A stretch of 64,000 bases of DNA from a virus. The notes under the pieces were generated by a model that saw nothing but the letters and a program-made list of their open reading frames with translations, did no database searches and was not told where the DNA came from. Location: IMG/VR virus record IMGVR_UViG_3300032334_000315, positions 90,690 through 154,689 of that record; one strand, written 5' to 3'. The translations under genes and the position numbers were made by a program. This document shows positions 39,881 to 48,979 of the stretch, piece by piece. Within the stretch, counting starts at the first letter, position 1, and every line of letters starts with the position of its first letter.

Positions 39881-41844
39881 TGGCTATTTCAAAACTCGTA
39901 ACTGGTACACCATTTGATAGACCAGCAATAACATTTAGTACCAAGTCTGCGGATAGTAATATGCAGAAAGCATCATCGTCGCTATTGACTAACAAGAGTT
40001 CAATGGGAGACCTTGCGGACTCTATGTCACGTTTGAATATTCAACTAACACAATTGCAAAAAGTATCTAATGAAATTATGAAAAGTATTGCAAGCGTTCT
40101 AAAGACGATTGCTAGAGTTGACCATGATATGACAGGCCGCTTTAGAACATTGAACAAAGAACTGGCTGCGTCTCGTACAGAGTTTACCAGAAGTCTTGCT
40201 TACATAACACCATCTTTGACAGGTGGTGCTGGTGCTGCTATCAGTGGTGCTGCATTAGGCGCTGCGGCACCAGCTGCGGCAGCGGACGCTATTCCTTCAA
40301 GTGGCAATTCCACATGGGACGCATTTATTGCATTCTTAAAAGTTACTGCACCATTATTTTTAGGCAAGATAGGTAAAAAAATAGCAACTATGGCTATTTT
40401 GGCTGCTACTGGTATTGGATGGATTGGCGTTGCTATTGGTCTTGCATTATCAATTGGTGATGCGATTGAAATGTATAATCTCTGGAAACAATTTAAAAAC
40501 GAAAAGCCAGATCAAGCTGAAATTGATGGTGCTATGGCATCATATAATAAGTCACAACCACCAATCGGTGCACCACAGGGCGCACAATTAACCGATATGT
40601 CAATGTCTGGTGAAACTGGTGCATTTGCCGAAGCTGCTGGTTCGAAAGCAAAAAGTGGATCTGGTGCACCTCAAGGCGGCGCTTCAGCCACCACAACGGC
40701 TGCAACTCAAATGTCAATGATGGAACCACAAGACAAAGCTGGTGCAACACCACCAGCAGCCGCAGCCGCACCAACTGATATGTCAATAAGTGGTGAGACT
40801 GGTGCATTTGGTGCTGCTAGACAATCAGCCGCAGCACCACAACCAATGAGAAGACCTGCGGATACTGCACCTGCCGCAGCTACAGGTGCACCTGTAATGG
40901 CACCACCTGATCCACACGCTAAGTCTAAAGCTATGTTTCAACAACAACAGGATATGGAAAGAAACGGTGATTCTGGTGCTACTGCAATGTTCTTTGCTGC
41001 GGATCAACAGAGACAAAAAGAACTTGCTGGTTTAAAAGCTGTTGCTGCTGCACCTGGTGCACCAGTAGAAGCAAAAAAAGCGGCTGCGAAATCGCTACGC
41101 GATGCCACAAATCCAGCTACGTTTGGTCGTGGTGGTGGGCACACTACAGGTGAAACAACCGGTGCTATCGGACGTGGTGGCGGTGACCATACTGATCCTC
41201 GTAAGTTAGGGCGCGGTGCTGGTAGTCACACATTACCAACAGACGGATTACCTGGCGGTGATACTGGTCTTAGTGATAGAGATGTTCGCTCGGCTAATAT
41301 GCAAAATGCATCCAACATCATGCAAAAAGAATATGATGCAAAAGATCGTCTTGCTCCTATCCAAGATCCTATGGCAGAAATGGCCAGAAAAATGGAAGAA
41401 GCAAAACGAATCGGTGCATTACAGGACCGACAAGCCATAGACGATAAAGATATGGCTGATGCTGCTAAGTATAAACCACTAGAGCAACAGCGCGCTGCTA
41501 TAGATTCTGGTGCAGCTAAACCAACAACACCTACGCAAGCATTTAAAGCTAATATAAGAAACATGACTGGTCCTGAAGGTAACGCTGAGAATCCGCCACC
41601 AGTACCAGGTGCACCCGCTGCGTCTGCGCCCGCGCAAGGCCCACCACCTGCACCAGAGGGCGACGAGTCTGCTGGTTATAAAGGCAAGTTAGGTCAAATC
41701 TTACAGACTAATATGAATGATTATAATGTCGTCAATAAAAGTGCGGGTGGAGATCAAAATGTCACACCAAACTTACCGTTATCAGCAGATAATCCATTAC
41801 TAACGAGTAAATTTCGTAAACAGTATTTGCAGAACCACCAATAA
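39880..41844 (+). CDS. Second tape-measure-like (gp29-position) protein
   Basis: N-terminal coiled coil, hydrophobic ILAATGIGWIGVAIGLAL segment, long low-complexity region; synteny. Confidence 0.55.
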   Translation: MAISKLVTGTPFDRPAITFSTKSADSNMQKASSSLLTNKSSMGDLADSMSRLNIQLTQLQKVSNEIMKSIASVLKTIARVDHDMTGRFRTLNKELAASRTEFTRSLAYITPSLTGGAGAAISGAALGAAAPAAAADAIPSSGNSTWDAFIAFLKVTAPLFLGKIGKKIATMAILAATGIGWIGVAIGLALSIGDAIEMYNLWKQFKNEKPDQAEIDGAMASYNKSQPPIGAPQGAQLTDMSMSGETGAFAEAAGSKAKSGSGAPQGGASATTTAATQMSMMEPQDKAGATPPAAAAAPTDMSISGETGAFGAARQSAAAPQPMRRPADTAPAAATGAPVMAPPDPHAKSKAMFQQQQDMERNGDSGATAMFFAADQQRQKELAGLKAVAAAPGAPVEAKKAAAKSLRDATNPATFGRGGGHTTGETTGAIGRGGGDHTDPRKLGRGAGSHTLPTDGLPGGDTGLSDRDVRSANMQNASNIMQKEYDAKDRLAPIQDPMAEMARKMEEAKRIGALQDRQAIDDKDMADAAKYKPLEQQRAAIDSGAAKPTTPTQAFKANIRNMTGPEGNAENPPPVPGAPAASAPAQGPPPAPEGDESAGYKGKLGQILQTNMNDYNVVNKSAGGDQNVTPNLPLSADNPLLTSKFRKQYLQNHQ

Positions 41845-41868
41845 AAAAGGGAGAGCCGAAGCTCTCCC
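41843..41868 (-). terminator. Rho-independent terminator after gp32
   Basis: Minus strand reads GGGAGAGC-TTCG-GCTCTCCC-TTTTTT (UUCG tetraloop). Confidence 0.85.
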
Positions 41869-41905
41869 AGGTTGCCGTAGGGTAAAAGGAATAAACTCCC
41901 TACGA

Positions 41906-42847
41906 TTAATCATCATCCTCAGCAAGCTTTTCAAAAAACGACAAATCGTCATCATCTACAGCCTTAGCCTTAGGAGCTGGTGCCGACTTCCCTACTGCTG
42001 GTGCAGCCATTGAACGGGCAGTCGGACGGTCAAAAGGGATATCATCCTCATTGCGATAAGATGCGCCAGCTGGCTCAGCAAGAACCTTCTCCAGCTTTGT
42101 CTTCAACTCATCGTAAGACTTGAAGTTAGACGGCGCAAGAAAAGCCTGAAGCGAATGAGCGCCCTGCCAAATTGCAGCCATATCCTCATCACTAGCAAGA
42201 GCAGCTGGTGCATCAAACTCAGATTTATCGTAATTGCGATAGCCTTCGACCTTACGAATCTTTAGCTTGAAATTAGCACCATCCCACAATTCAAAAGGAT
42301 TGAATGCGTTTACTGGATCGTACTTAGGATTTTCTGGGCTGCGACCCTGTTCATCGAAAGGAGGATGCATGACTTCATCCAGCTTATCCCAAATCTTCTT
42401 ACCGAACTTGAAAAGAAAGACTTTACCTTCATTCTCAGGATGTGCAGGATCCTTGAGTACGACGATATTTGAGATGTAGTTGAGACGACGCTTACGCTGA
42501 CGGACAATTTCCTTGTCCTTTTCGTTGCCAGAATTCCAAAGCTTGGAGTTCATCTCAGATACAGGATCTTGCTGACCGATAGTGGTCAAAGAGTTCTCAA
42601 TATACCAACCACCTGGGCCCTGAAAGCCATGATTCCAAACACGGACCCACGGAACTTCTTCACCAGCAGGAGCAGGAAGAAAGCGAATAACAGCAAAGCC
42701 ATTACCCATCTTATCTACTTCAGGCTGCCAGAAACGCTCGTCCTTAGACGAACCAGTTTCCTTAGTTGATAGCTTATTGATTTCTTTGGTAAGACGCTCA
42801 AGTGAGGATTCGCGATTGCGCTTGAGGTTCATAAATGCTTCATTCAT
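41906..42847 (-). CDS. gp32: Single-stranded DNA-binding protein gp32
   Basis: DERFWQPEVDKMGNGFAVIRFLP, WYIENSLTT, EGKVFLFKFGKKI, GANFKLKIRKVEGYRNYDKSEF, acidic tail. Confidence 0.95.
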   Translation of the reverse strand: MNEAFMNLKRNRESSLERLTKEINKLSTKETGSSKDERFWQPEVDKMGNGFAVIRFLPAPAGEEVPWVRVWNHGFQGPGGWYIENSLTTIGQQDPVSEMNSKLWNSGNEKDKEIVRQRKRRLNYISNIVVLKDPAHPENEGKVFLFKFGKKIWDKLDEVMHPPFDEQGRSPENPKYDPVNAFNPFELWDGANFKLKIRKVEGYRNYDKSEFDAPAALASDEDMAAIWQGAHSLQAFLAPSNFKSYDELKTKLEKVLAEPAGASYRNEDDIPFDRPTARSMAAPAVGKSAPAPKAKAVDDDDLSFFEKLAEDDD

Positions 42848-42908
42848 TTGTATATCTCCGTTGTATGTTGTTGTATAGATTTTTATTCACTCAATCATAA
42901 TAACATGT

Positions 42909-42939
42909 TATTTATACACTATTCTGGTGCAAATGTCAA
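42909..42939 (-). promoter_or_regulatory. Overlapping sigma70-type and late promoters for gp32
   Basis: TTGACA-17 nt-TATAAA, where the -10 box is also an exact TATAAATA. Confidence 0.75.
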
Positions 42940-43538
42940 GACAAAAACACCTGACGCATAATCTTTTTAATGTTATCAGGATCAACTCTCACAAATGGCC
43001 TGTACTTCTTTAGTTGACGATACACCTCAGGCCATATGATAGTATCGCTAATTACCTTGTTCCATGCATCAAGCACATTGAAGGCAATATCAAAAGCAAT
43101 CACGGTTTCCGCAGAGACCTTATTGCCCATATAAAGTTTGATTAGTTGTGGATGTTCACCAGTTGTCTTCAATAGAGACTTCGGATCATCCACATCATCA
43201 ACGATTTTATTTAGTTCTTCCTTGAGCTGGTACGAGAAAGTTTCCATGCGCTTCAACCAAGCTACATAAACTTTCTCGGACTCAGGACCAGACATATCAC
43301 CGACCCATCGTACACCAGCAGACGAGACAAAGTTAGCGACAAAGAAATTGGTTAGTTCGTCATCGCTATATTTGCGCTCTATCTTCCGAAAGAGATATTG
43401 ATCCTTGCGTTTTAGAAATGACGCTTCGGATATCTTTTTGATTTTGCCAGAGTATTTGATGAAGTCATAGTCGGATGTGAAGTGAAGCTTGAGGGCTTGA
43501 TAGCGTTGGTATGCTGTCATGCCTTCCATATTTTCCAA
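42936..43538 (-). CDS. gp59: Helicase loader gp59
   Basis: AYQRYQALKLHFTSDYDFIKYSGK, FLKRKDQYLF, FFVANF, KKYRPF. Confidence 0.9.
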   Translation of the reverse strand: MENMEGMTAYQRYQALKLHFTSDYDFIKYSGKIKKISEASFLKRKDQYLFRKIERKYSDDELTNFFVANFVSSAGVRWVGDMSGPESEKVYVAWLKRMETFSYQLKEELNKIVDDVDDPKSLLKTTGEHPQLIKLYMGNKVSAETVIAFDIAFNVLDAWNKVISDTIIWPEVYRQLKKYRPFVRVDPDNIKKIMRQVFLS

Positions 43539-44605
43539 CCACGCTCTTCCATCTTACTGATACGCCACGGTGCAACCAGTTCCATAATGCCGCACTGATT
43601 AGACCGAATCTGTGTGTTCTTAATCGTATCAAACACCTCGCGTGTGATATAGAGTTTATCATTGTACGGTGTATATGATATGCAACAATGCACCATATCA
43701 AAATGAGCAATGAGTTCCGCGCGTGTGGTGTATGATGTAGTAACGAACTGGTTCTTATGGTTCATATCAAATGCGGTAAATTCAATCTTGTCATTGTTCA
43801 TATAGTCGGTACTACCGATCTTGAACAAACCAGGTTTAGATATATTCATATCATCAACATATTCTTTGACGTACTGTTTTGTCTTAGCATCATCAAGAAT
43901 GAACACATCAATATCATGCGGCAGTTCTTTATTGAGAAACGACGCGAAGCAACCACCAGCAACAACTACCTTTTCATTGTACTTGAGTTTTTCTGGCAAA
44001 AACTTGAGATAGTTATTCTTTAGAACATACTTCATATTACGAATCTCGGCCTGTTCTGCATCGGTAAACAATGCATTACGCGCCATCTGTTCGTGCTTAT
44101 AGTCAATGCCAAGCACATCATCAACGAACCCTTGCCTTGTGATAGAGCCGTTTGGATTTGCCATCCATTGACCCAACGTAGGCAAACTAGATCCTACAGC
44201 ACTAGGATGACCAATACCACCAGAACCACCAGCACCTGTCGTTATTACCACGGTGCTATCAGATACCCATTGAGTGCTACCGATAACAGAACCATCGGTT
44301 GCATAATCACAGATGCCATCAGAATGTGATATTGAACGATTAGGCAATTGATTGGCCTTTGCGTTGAGAATTTCACGGAGTTTATCATACGGAACTGCCA
44401 TAACTTGACCTATAGCTTCTAAGATAATTTGATAAGGATCTCTCGCATCTTCAAGTTCATAGCGAGTGATTTGTTTTGACCTGTTCGTTACCGAGTAGTT
44501 GATAGTAAAGGTATCAAGACCAAAATCTTGATAGATGTGAATGTGGTCAAGATTTAGATTGCGTATCCACATTTGGATATCGCTCATAGGCGTGGTTGAT
44601 ATCAT
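43517..44605 (-). CDS. Protein with a C-terminal nucleotidyltransferase-like domain
   Basis: VVAGGCFAS...PHDIDVF...FDMVHC matches the GG/DxD Pol-beta-type NTase signature. Confidence 0.55.
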   Translation of the reverse strand: MISTTPMSDIQMWIRNLNLDHIHIYQDFGLDTFTINYSVTNRSKQITRYELEDARDPYQIILEAIGQVMAVPYDKLREILNAKANQLPNRSISHSDGICDYATDGSVIGSTQWVSDSTVVITTGAGGSGGIGHPSAVGSSLPTLGQWMANPNGSITRQGFVDDVLGIDYKHEQMARNALFTDAEQAEIRNMKYVLKNNYLKFLPEKLKYNEKVVVAGGCFASFLNKELPHDIDVFILDDAKTKQYVKEYVDDMNISKPGLFKIGSTDYMNNDKIEFTAFDMNHKNQFVTTSYTTRAELIAHFDMVHCCISYTPYNDKLYITREVFDTIKNTQIRSNQCGIMELVAPWRISKMEERGWKIWKA

Positions 44606-44850
44606 ATCGGAAGCTTTGCTCCAGTGCGTTTGATTAGATTAGAACCTAGCGCCTCTGATTGAATAAGTTTCTTGATCTTTGGTCCGATGAGACGAGGCAC
44701 GCTCTCGGGTTCAAGCCCGGACGCGGTACACACGTCCAAGCAAGCGTCAATATATGTCATACCTTTATTGAAGACACGATCTTCCACCATGCGAGCAAAT
44801 GTTTCGCTTGTCATAATGCTCGCTGGTGTATCGTTCATGCTTGCAATCAT
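44602..44850 (-). CDS. gp33: Late transcription co-activator gp33
   Basis: FARMVED...MTYIDA.LDVC...LEPESV.RLI...IK..IQSEA...NLIK...KLPI; AAGGA RBS before the ATG at 44850. Confidence 0.82.
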   Translation of the reverse strand: MIASMNDTPASIMTSETFARMVEDRVFNKGMTYIDACLDVCTASGLEPESVPRLIGPKIKKLIQSEALGSNLIKRTGAKLPI

Positions 44851-45515
44851 TCCTTCTTTTTCTTGGCCTTCCCTGCTGCTAGACCCGCCATCTCTATCTC
44901 CTCCAAAGAACGACCACATCCCGTGCATCTTCCATCATCTCCAAGTTTGCAAATATCAACACATGCCGAAATATCTTTCGGCACACTAGGCAAATCATTT
45001 AGTTTACGAAGCGATTCAGCTAGACCAGAGTTAGGAGCAACGGTTGTCGTCACAGAACCAAACATCATAGAATCAAATGATGCGGCCGTTGCATAACCGG
45101 TTCTCGGATCACTTGTAAGCTGCAGGCCTACGCGATGAGTAGGATACTCATGTTCTTTAACATGTGCCATCGGACCGCCAGTATTCTTGCGCTTGATATC
45201 TTCGCTAAGAAGTTCAGGCCAATAAAGCTCTAGTGCGCTGCAAGCCTCAGTGCAAACAAAGAAGTGATATTCACCAGGCCGAACGCTAGTAAAGTCACCT
45301 GCTCGGAGAACAGTAACATCGGTAAGCTCGTAGTTATTCTTTCGTACATGGATTTCCAGTACTCCTGATTCAACGTAGAATCCATTCCATTTATGTTCAT
45401 GTAGGTGCTCCGAGCAGCGAAAGCCTGCCTTTACGTTGATCTTATGTAGTTCGACCAATGCGTTCTGAATAATAACGCTGGTGTCACCCCAAACCTTACC
45501 TGTCACGTTAGCCAT
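44847..45515 (-). CDS. Cupin domain protein fused to a C-terminal DUF1289-like Cys4 domain
   Basis: GKVWG...CSEHLHEHKWNGFYVESG...PGEYHFF; C-terminal SACVDICK...RCTGCGRSLEEI. Confidence 0.7.
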   Translation of the reverse strand: MANVTGKVWGDTSVIIQNALVELHKINVKAGFRCSEHLHEHKWNGFYVESGVLEIHVRKNNYELTDVTVLRAGDFTSVRPGEYHFFVCTEACSALELYWPELLSEDIKRKNTGGPMAHVKEHEYPTHRVGLQLTSDPRTGYATAASFDSMMFGSVTTTVAPNSGLAESLRKLNDLPSVPKDISACVDICKLGDDGRCTGCGRSLEEIEMAGLAAGKAKKKKE

Positions 45516-45945
45516 GAGTAGTGCCGTCCTCTTCTTCCTTTGTCAAATCAAATGGGCCATGAAATACGACTTCTCTATCGGTAGCTTCCCAACCATCGTT
45601 TTCCATACCTTCGTGCCACTCTTCATCAAACAACTCTTGGATACGCTCTTGCTCTTCTTCGTCCATGTCATCAGGAAAAGTCCACGAACACGCGACGCCA
45701 TCATCAAAGCTATGATCCATCAAATCATAGTCAAGCGAATAGATATCAATACCATTATCATCATCAAGGTCAATATCCTCAACGGCTTTGAGATAATCCT
45801 TGAAATCTACATCGTCAGGAACATCGAACTTGGCATAACCCCAACGCCACCAAGTCTCGTATTCAATAACTTGCCCATCCTTATTGAAGTATTCAGTTTC
45901 CTGAATGTTTTTCTTATAGCGAGTTTCCAGCTTCCAAATTGCCAT
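45508..45945 (-). CDS. Acidic hypothetical protein
   Basis: ORF overlapping its neighbours in an operon-like arrangement. Confidence 0.6.
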   Translation of the reverse strand: MAIWKLETRYKKNIQETEYFNKDGQVIEYETWWRWGYAKFDVPDDVDFKDYLKAVEDIDLDDDNGIDIYSLDYDLMDHSFDDGVACSWTFPDDMDEEEQERIQELFDEEWHEGMENDGWEATDREVVFHGPFDLTKEEEDGTTHG

Positions 45946-46774
45946 TGTCTAACCTTTCACTTCTTTTCACTACATCATCAATCTCAAGTAAACTATACAA
46001 CAATGCGTCGAACTTGTCAAGTGCAATCATGTTCGGTCCATCGCATGGTGCATTATTTGGATTCTCGTGGACTTCCATAAACAAGCCAGCAATACCTACA
46101 GCCGTGGCTGCGCGAGCGATGAGTGGTACAAACTCACTCTGCCCACCAGAACTTGATCCATTACCACCTGGTAGCTGTACAGCATGAGTGCAATCCATGA
46201 AGACTGGGTAACCCCAATGCTTCATAATATCAAGTGAGCGCATATCGACCACGAGATTCTTATAGCCAAATGTTGTACCACGCTCAGTCAATATGATTTT
46301 CTTGCAGCCGAAATGCTCAAGCTTCTTGACTACGTTACCCATTTCTTCAGGAGCCATAAACTGGCCTTTCTTCACATTGACTGGCTTATGTGTTTCAGCC
46401 GCTGATTGAAGAAGATCAGTCTGTCGGCAAAGGAATGCAGGGATCTGAATAACATCAGCATTTGTTGCACCACATTGCCAGTTTTCATGTACGTCCGTGA
46501 GGACTTCAATGCCTCTACCACGGACGGCATCCATTCCATAATATGCCTCATCGAAGCCTGCACCTCTATAAGCAGTAGCGGATGTTCGATTAGCCTTATC
46601 GAAGGACGTCTTATAAATGAAATTGATTTCTTGACCGAAGCGTTTGCCAACGCTTTCTACGATATCACGCAGCGACTCTGCCATAAAGATAGCATGTTTC
46701 TGTGTTTCAAACGCACAAGGACCTGCAATGATGCTGAGAGGCTTAGAATTACCACACTTATCATAAAATGTCAT
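45914..46774 (-). CDS. kdsA: KDO-8-phosphate synthase (2-dehydro-3-deoxyphosphooctonate aldolase)
   Basis: IAGPC, KTSFDKANRTS, QIPAFLCRQTDL, NVKKGQF, TERGTTFGY.NLVVDMR, DCTHAVQLPG, APCDGP. Confidence 0.95.
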   Translation of the reverse strand: MTFYDKCGNSKPLSIIAGPCAFETQKHAIFMAESLRDIVESVGKRFGQEINFIYKTSFDKANRTSATAYRGAGFDEAYYGMDAVRGRGIEVLTDVHENWQCGATNADVIQIPAFLCRQTDLLQSAAETHKPVNVKKGQFMAPEEMGNVVKKLEHFGCKKIILTERGTTFGYKNLVVDMRSLDIMKHWGYPVFMDCTHAVQLPGGNGSSSGGQSEFVPLIARAATAVGIAGLFMEVHENPNNAPCDGPNMIALDKFDALLYSLLEIDDVVKRSERLDNGNLEAGNSL

Positions 46775-46944
46775 TACCGATCCTTATACCTAGTGTCAAT
46801 TTCTTTTAGTCTTGCTTTTATATATTCTACCACCCACACCTTTTGTGGATCACTATCATCCATAAAAATTAGCACATTATTCAATTCATCTACGAAGGCT
46901 GCTTTTCTTAGAGTGTCTATCGAATAATTGTACCTATTTTTCAT
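46774..46944 (-). CDS. Small hypothetical protein (56 aa)
   Basis: Manually read ORF MKNRYNYSIDTLRKAAF... filling the gap, with a TAATG overlap into kdsA. Confidence 0.5.
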   Translation of the reverse strand: MKNRYNYSIDTLRKAAFVDELNNVLIFMDDSDPQKVWVVEYIKARLKEIDTRYKDR

Positions 46945-46947
46945 GGC

Positions 46948-47610
46948 TTAGTCCCACAGTGAGCGATAGTATTTTCCGAAAAGCTTTAATGCGTTCTGCT
47001 TACGTTGTTCAAACACAAGAGAATCGGCACGATACTTTTCCCAATTACCTTGTTCGTCATCTGGCGGAACAAGCATGTCGGTAAAGCCTTCCTGATCCAT
47101 CTTTTTGATAATGGGCGCACGATTTTCAGGGAATGCGGGCGCATCGGGATCATCGTTTGCTTCCTGGTAGAAAGCCCAGATCATTTCATCAAGGATCCAG
47201 TTCCACCGATCAAAGAAAAGATTATCAGTGTCCCATTCTTCCTTCTTCGGCTCAGCATTAGTTGAGCGCAGATTCTCAGGCACATCCTCGTCATCTGTGA
47301 AAGGAGCACCATGCTTGGTATTTCTCAACTGTACAAGCATAGGATGAATGATAAGGGAAAGAGTGTGATCCATTGACCAAGTGTCGTAGGGTTCAATCTT
47401 TACGCTGATAGTGCGTTCGCGCTTTTCTTGAATCCAGTTGCAAGCAGTCGTAACCCAAGTGTCTGCAAGCCAATCACCAAACTTATCCTTGAGACGATAA
47501 TCCCACCGATCAATCTCGTCGCGGTGGTGGCGCTTAGTCCAGAAGAAAATGTAATCTGTAATCTGATACGGTCCGTACCAATTCAGATATGGTCCAATCT
47601 TGACTTTCAC
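46948..47610 (-). CDS. Hypothetical phage protein
   Basis: YDTWSMDHTLSLIIHPMLVQL...HGAP...WILDEMIWAF...LFGKYYRSLWD resembles a recurrent myovirus family. Confidence 0.7.
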   Translation of the reverse strand: MKVKIGPYLNWYGPYQITDYIFFWTKRHHRDEIDRWDYRLKDKFGDWLADTWVTTACNWIQEKRERTISVKIEPYDTWSMDHTLSLIIHPMLVQLRNTKHGAPFTDDEDVPENLRSTNAEPKKEEWDTDNLFFDRWNWILDEMIWAFYQEANDDPDAPAFPENRAPIIKKMDQEGFTDMLVPPDDEQGNWEKYRADSLVFEQRKQNALKLFGKYYRSLWD

Positions 47611-47819
47611 TTTATATCCTTCAAAATCTCTGATAGTTTATAGCCAAGAGTTGCCAATTCATTAGACCACTTTTCCATGATATCGTAGTCTTCAGGATTA
47701 GGATTATCACGCGACCCATACGGATCGCCGATGTTATTGGATGCTTCAAAAACAACATCAATCGCATTACGAAGACCACTTAGCATGGCATTGTACTCTT
47801 CAAAAAAATCTAATGGCAT
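47607..47819 (-). CDS. Hypothetical protein
   Basis: Tightly packed ORF. Confidence 0.5.
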   Translation of the reverse strand: MPLDFFEEYNAMLSGLRNAIDVVFEASNNIGDPYGSRDNPNPEDYDIMEKWSNELATLGYKLSEILKDIK

Positions 47820-48013
47820 TACCAGTTCTCATAATCCGTGATATCTTTCCAGAGACCTTCACCTTCACCGATCTCAATTTCTGCGCGAAGACAGAAACCA
47901 ATACCAGTGCTACCACCGATAAGAGTAATCTTGTGAGGCTGAGGATCCATATCCTTGATCCATTCAGTTAGAGATTCTAGCTCTTTAGGGCTAATCATTA
48001 GTTTCTGGCTCAT
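47819..48013 (-). CDS. Hypothetical protein
   Basis: Probable start MSQKLMISP at 48013; contains STGIG and ends KDITDYENW. Confidence 0.55.
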   Translation of the reverse strand: MSQKLMISPKELESLTEWIKDMDPQPHKITLIGGSTGIGFCLRAEIEIGEGEGLWKDITDYENW

Positions 48014-48014
48014 A

Positions 48015-48233
48015 TCATACTCCAAAATTTTGTTTGATATAATCGCCGACAGGACAGAAGCCTTTATTGAAGTTGTCATCAGCAACCTTGGCACATTCTT
48101 GGATGATTGACTTAGCAAAAATTTCCATAAAGTCAGAGAAATTTTCCAAGATCCTTTGTCTATCATTGTATGGCTGAGGCCAATATTCTGCGATAGACTG
48201 TTCAGCAAGTTCTTTAATACGCTCGTTCATCAC
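48015..48233 (-). CDS. Hypothetical protein
   Basis: MNERIKELAEQ...FAKSIIQECA...IKQNFGV; same pattern as the C-terminus of 63487-63864. Confidence 0.6.
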   Translation of the reverse strand: MMNERIKELAEQSIAEYWPQPYNDRQRILENFSDFMEIFAKSIIQECAKVADDNFNKGFCPVGDYIKQNFGV

Positions 48234-48329
48234 ATCCTCGCCAATTTAGCACAAAACCAAAGAACAGCACAACAGATCACACAAAGTCCGGCAATTCCTG
48301 CTAATACTTCCATCATATATCTCCAAAGT

Positions 48330-48405
48330 TGGCTCGGGGTGATGGGCTCGAACCACCAACACACGGATTCAAAGTCCGTAGTTCTACCAATTGAACTAAC
48401 CCCGA
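48330..48405 (-). tRNA. tRNA-Gln (anticodon UUG) with encoded CCA
   Basis: Full 76-nt cloverleaf: acceptor TCGGGGT/ACCCCGA, anticodon arm ACGGA-CTTTGAA-TCCGT, T-loop TTCGAGC. Confidence 0.93.
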
Positions 48406-48412
48406 ATAAAAA

Positions 48413-48637
48413 TCAAGCCTCGTTTAGAAGCTCAGCCGAACCACGAACCTGCTCACCTATGGTGCCAGGTGCATTGACGAAGCCCATGAGAACTTCGGCC
48501 TTCTTGATAACATCATTGACTGTGGGATATTTTACTGTAGCATCACGCTTGACTTCCTGACCTAGAAGATATTCTTGGTCGCACATGGTCTGTGCCATCT
48601 GGAGAACATTGAAGCGGAGCATCTTATCATCGTTCAT
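48413..48637 (-). CDS. Hypothetical protein
   Basis: MNDDKMLRFNVLQMAQ...YPTVNDVIKKAEVLMGFV; AGGTG RBS. Confidence 0.6.
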   Translation of the reverse strand: MNDDKMLRFNVLQMAQTMCDQEYLLGQEVKRDATVKYPTVNDVIKKAEVLMGFVNAPGTIGEQVRGSAELLNEA

Positions 48638-48664
48638 AATTATCACCTTTCTAATAAAGTTAGT

Positions 48665-48977
48665 GGGGGGATTCTGTTTCCACGTTCCCCCCGAACGCAT
48701 ACTTACGCTGCTAGAGCGTAAGAGATAGGTGCATTATCGTTAGCATCTAAAACGCGCCTCGGTCTACTCGTGCCTTTACTACTATCTGTCGAACCTATAT
48801 CGCCCCCATCAAAGATACACGGCCTGTATGCCTACAGTATGCAACACTACCAAGACCGCATGTTGCATTGACAACCACTAGAGTATCTTGCGTCACTCCG
48901 TGTATCCATGGTGGAGGCGTCGGGTACTGCCCCCGAGTCCAAATGGTTTATTCCGAACGTCTCAACAACCTTAGCGT
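48665..48977 (-). ncRNA. ssrA: Two-piece (circularly permuted) tmRNA, tag ANDNAPISYALAA
   Basis: Acceptor piece ends GGACTCGGGGGCAGTACCCGACGCCTCCACCA (3' end at 48909); 101-nt intervening segment; coding piece starts GGGGGCGATATAGGTTCGAC (48807); acceptor stem GGGGGCG/CGCCUCC with G3.U; tag ORF 48744-48703. Outer ends approximate. Confidence 0.9.
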
Positions 48978-48979
48978 AT

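Noticed and set aside
48413-48700. Annotated 95-aa ORF start at 48700
   Set aside because: The extension overlaps the tmRNA 3' hairpin; the ATG at 48637 has an RBS
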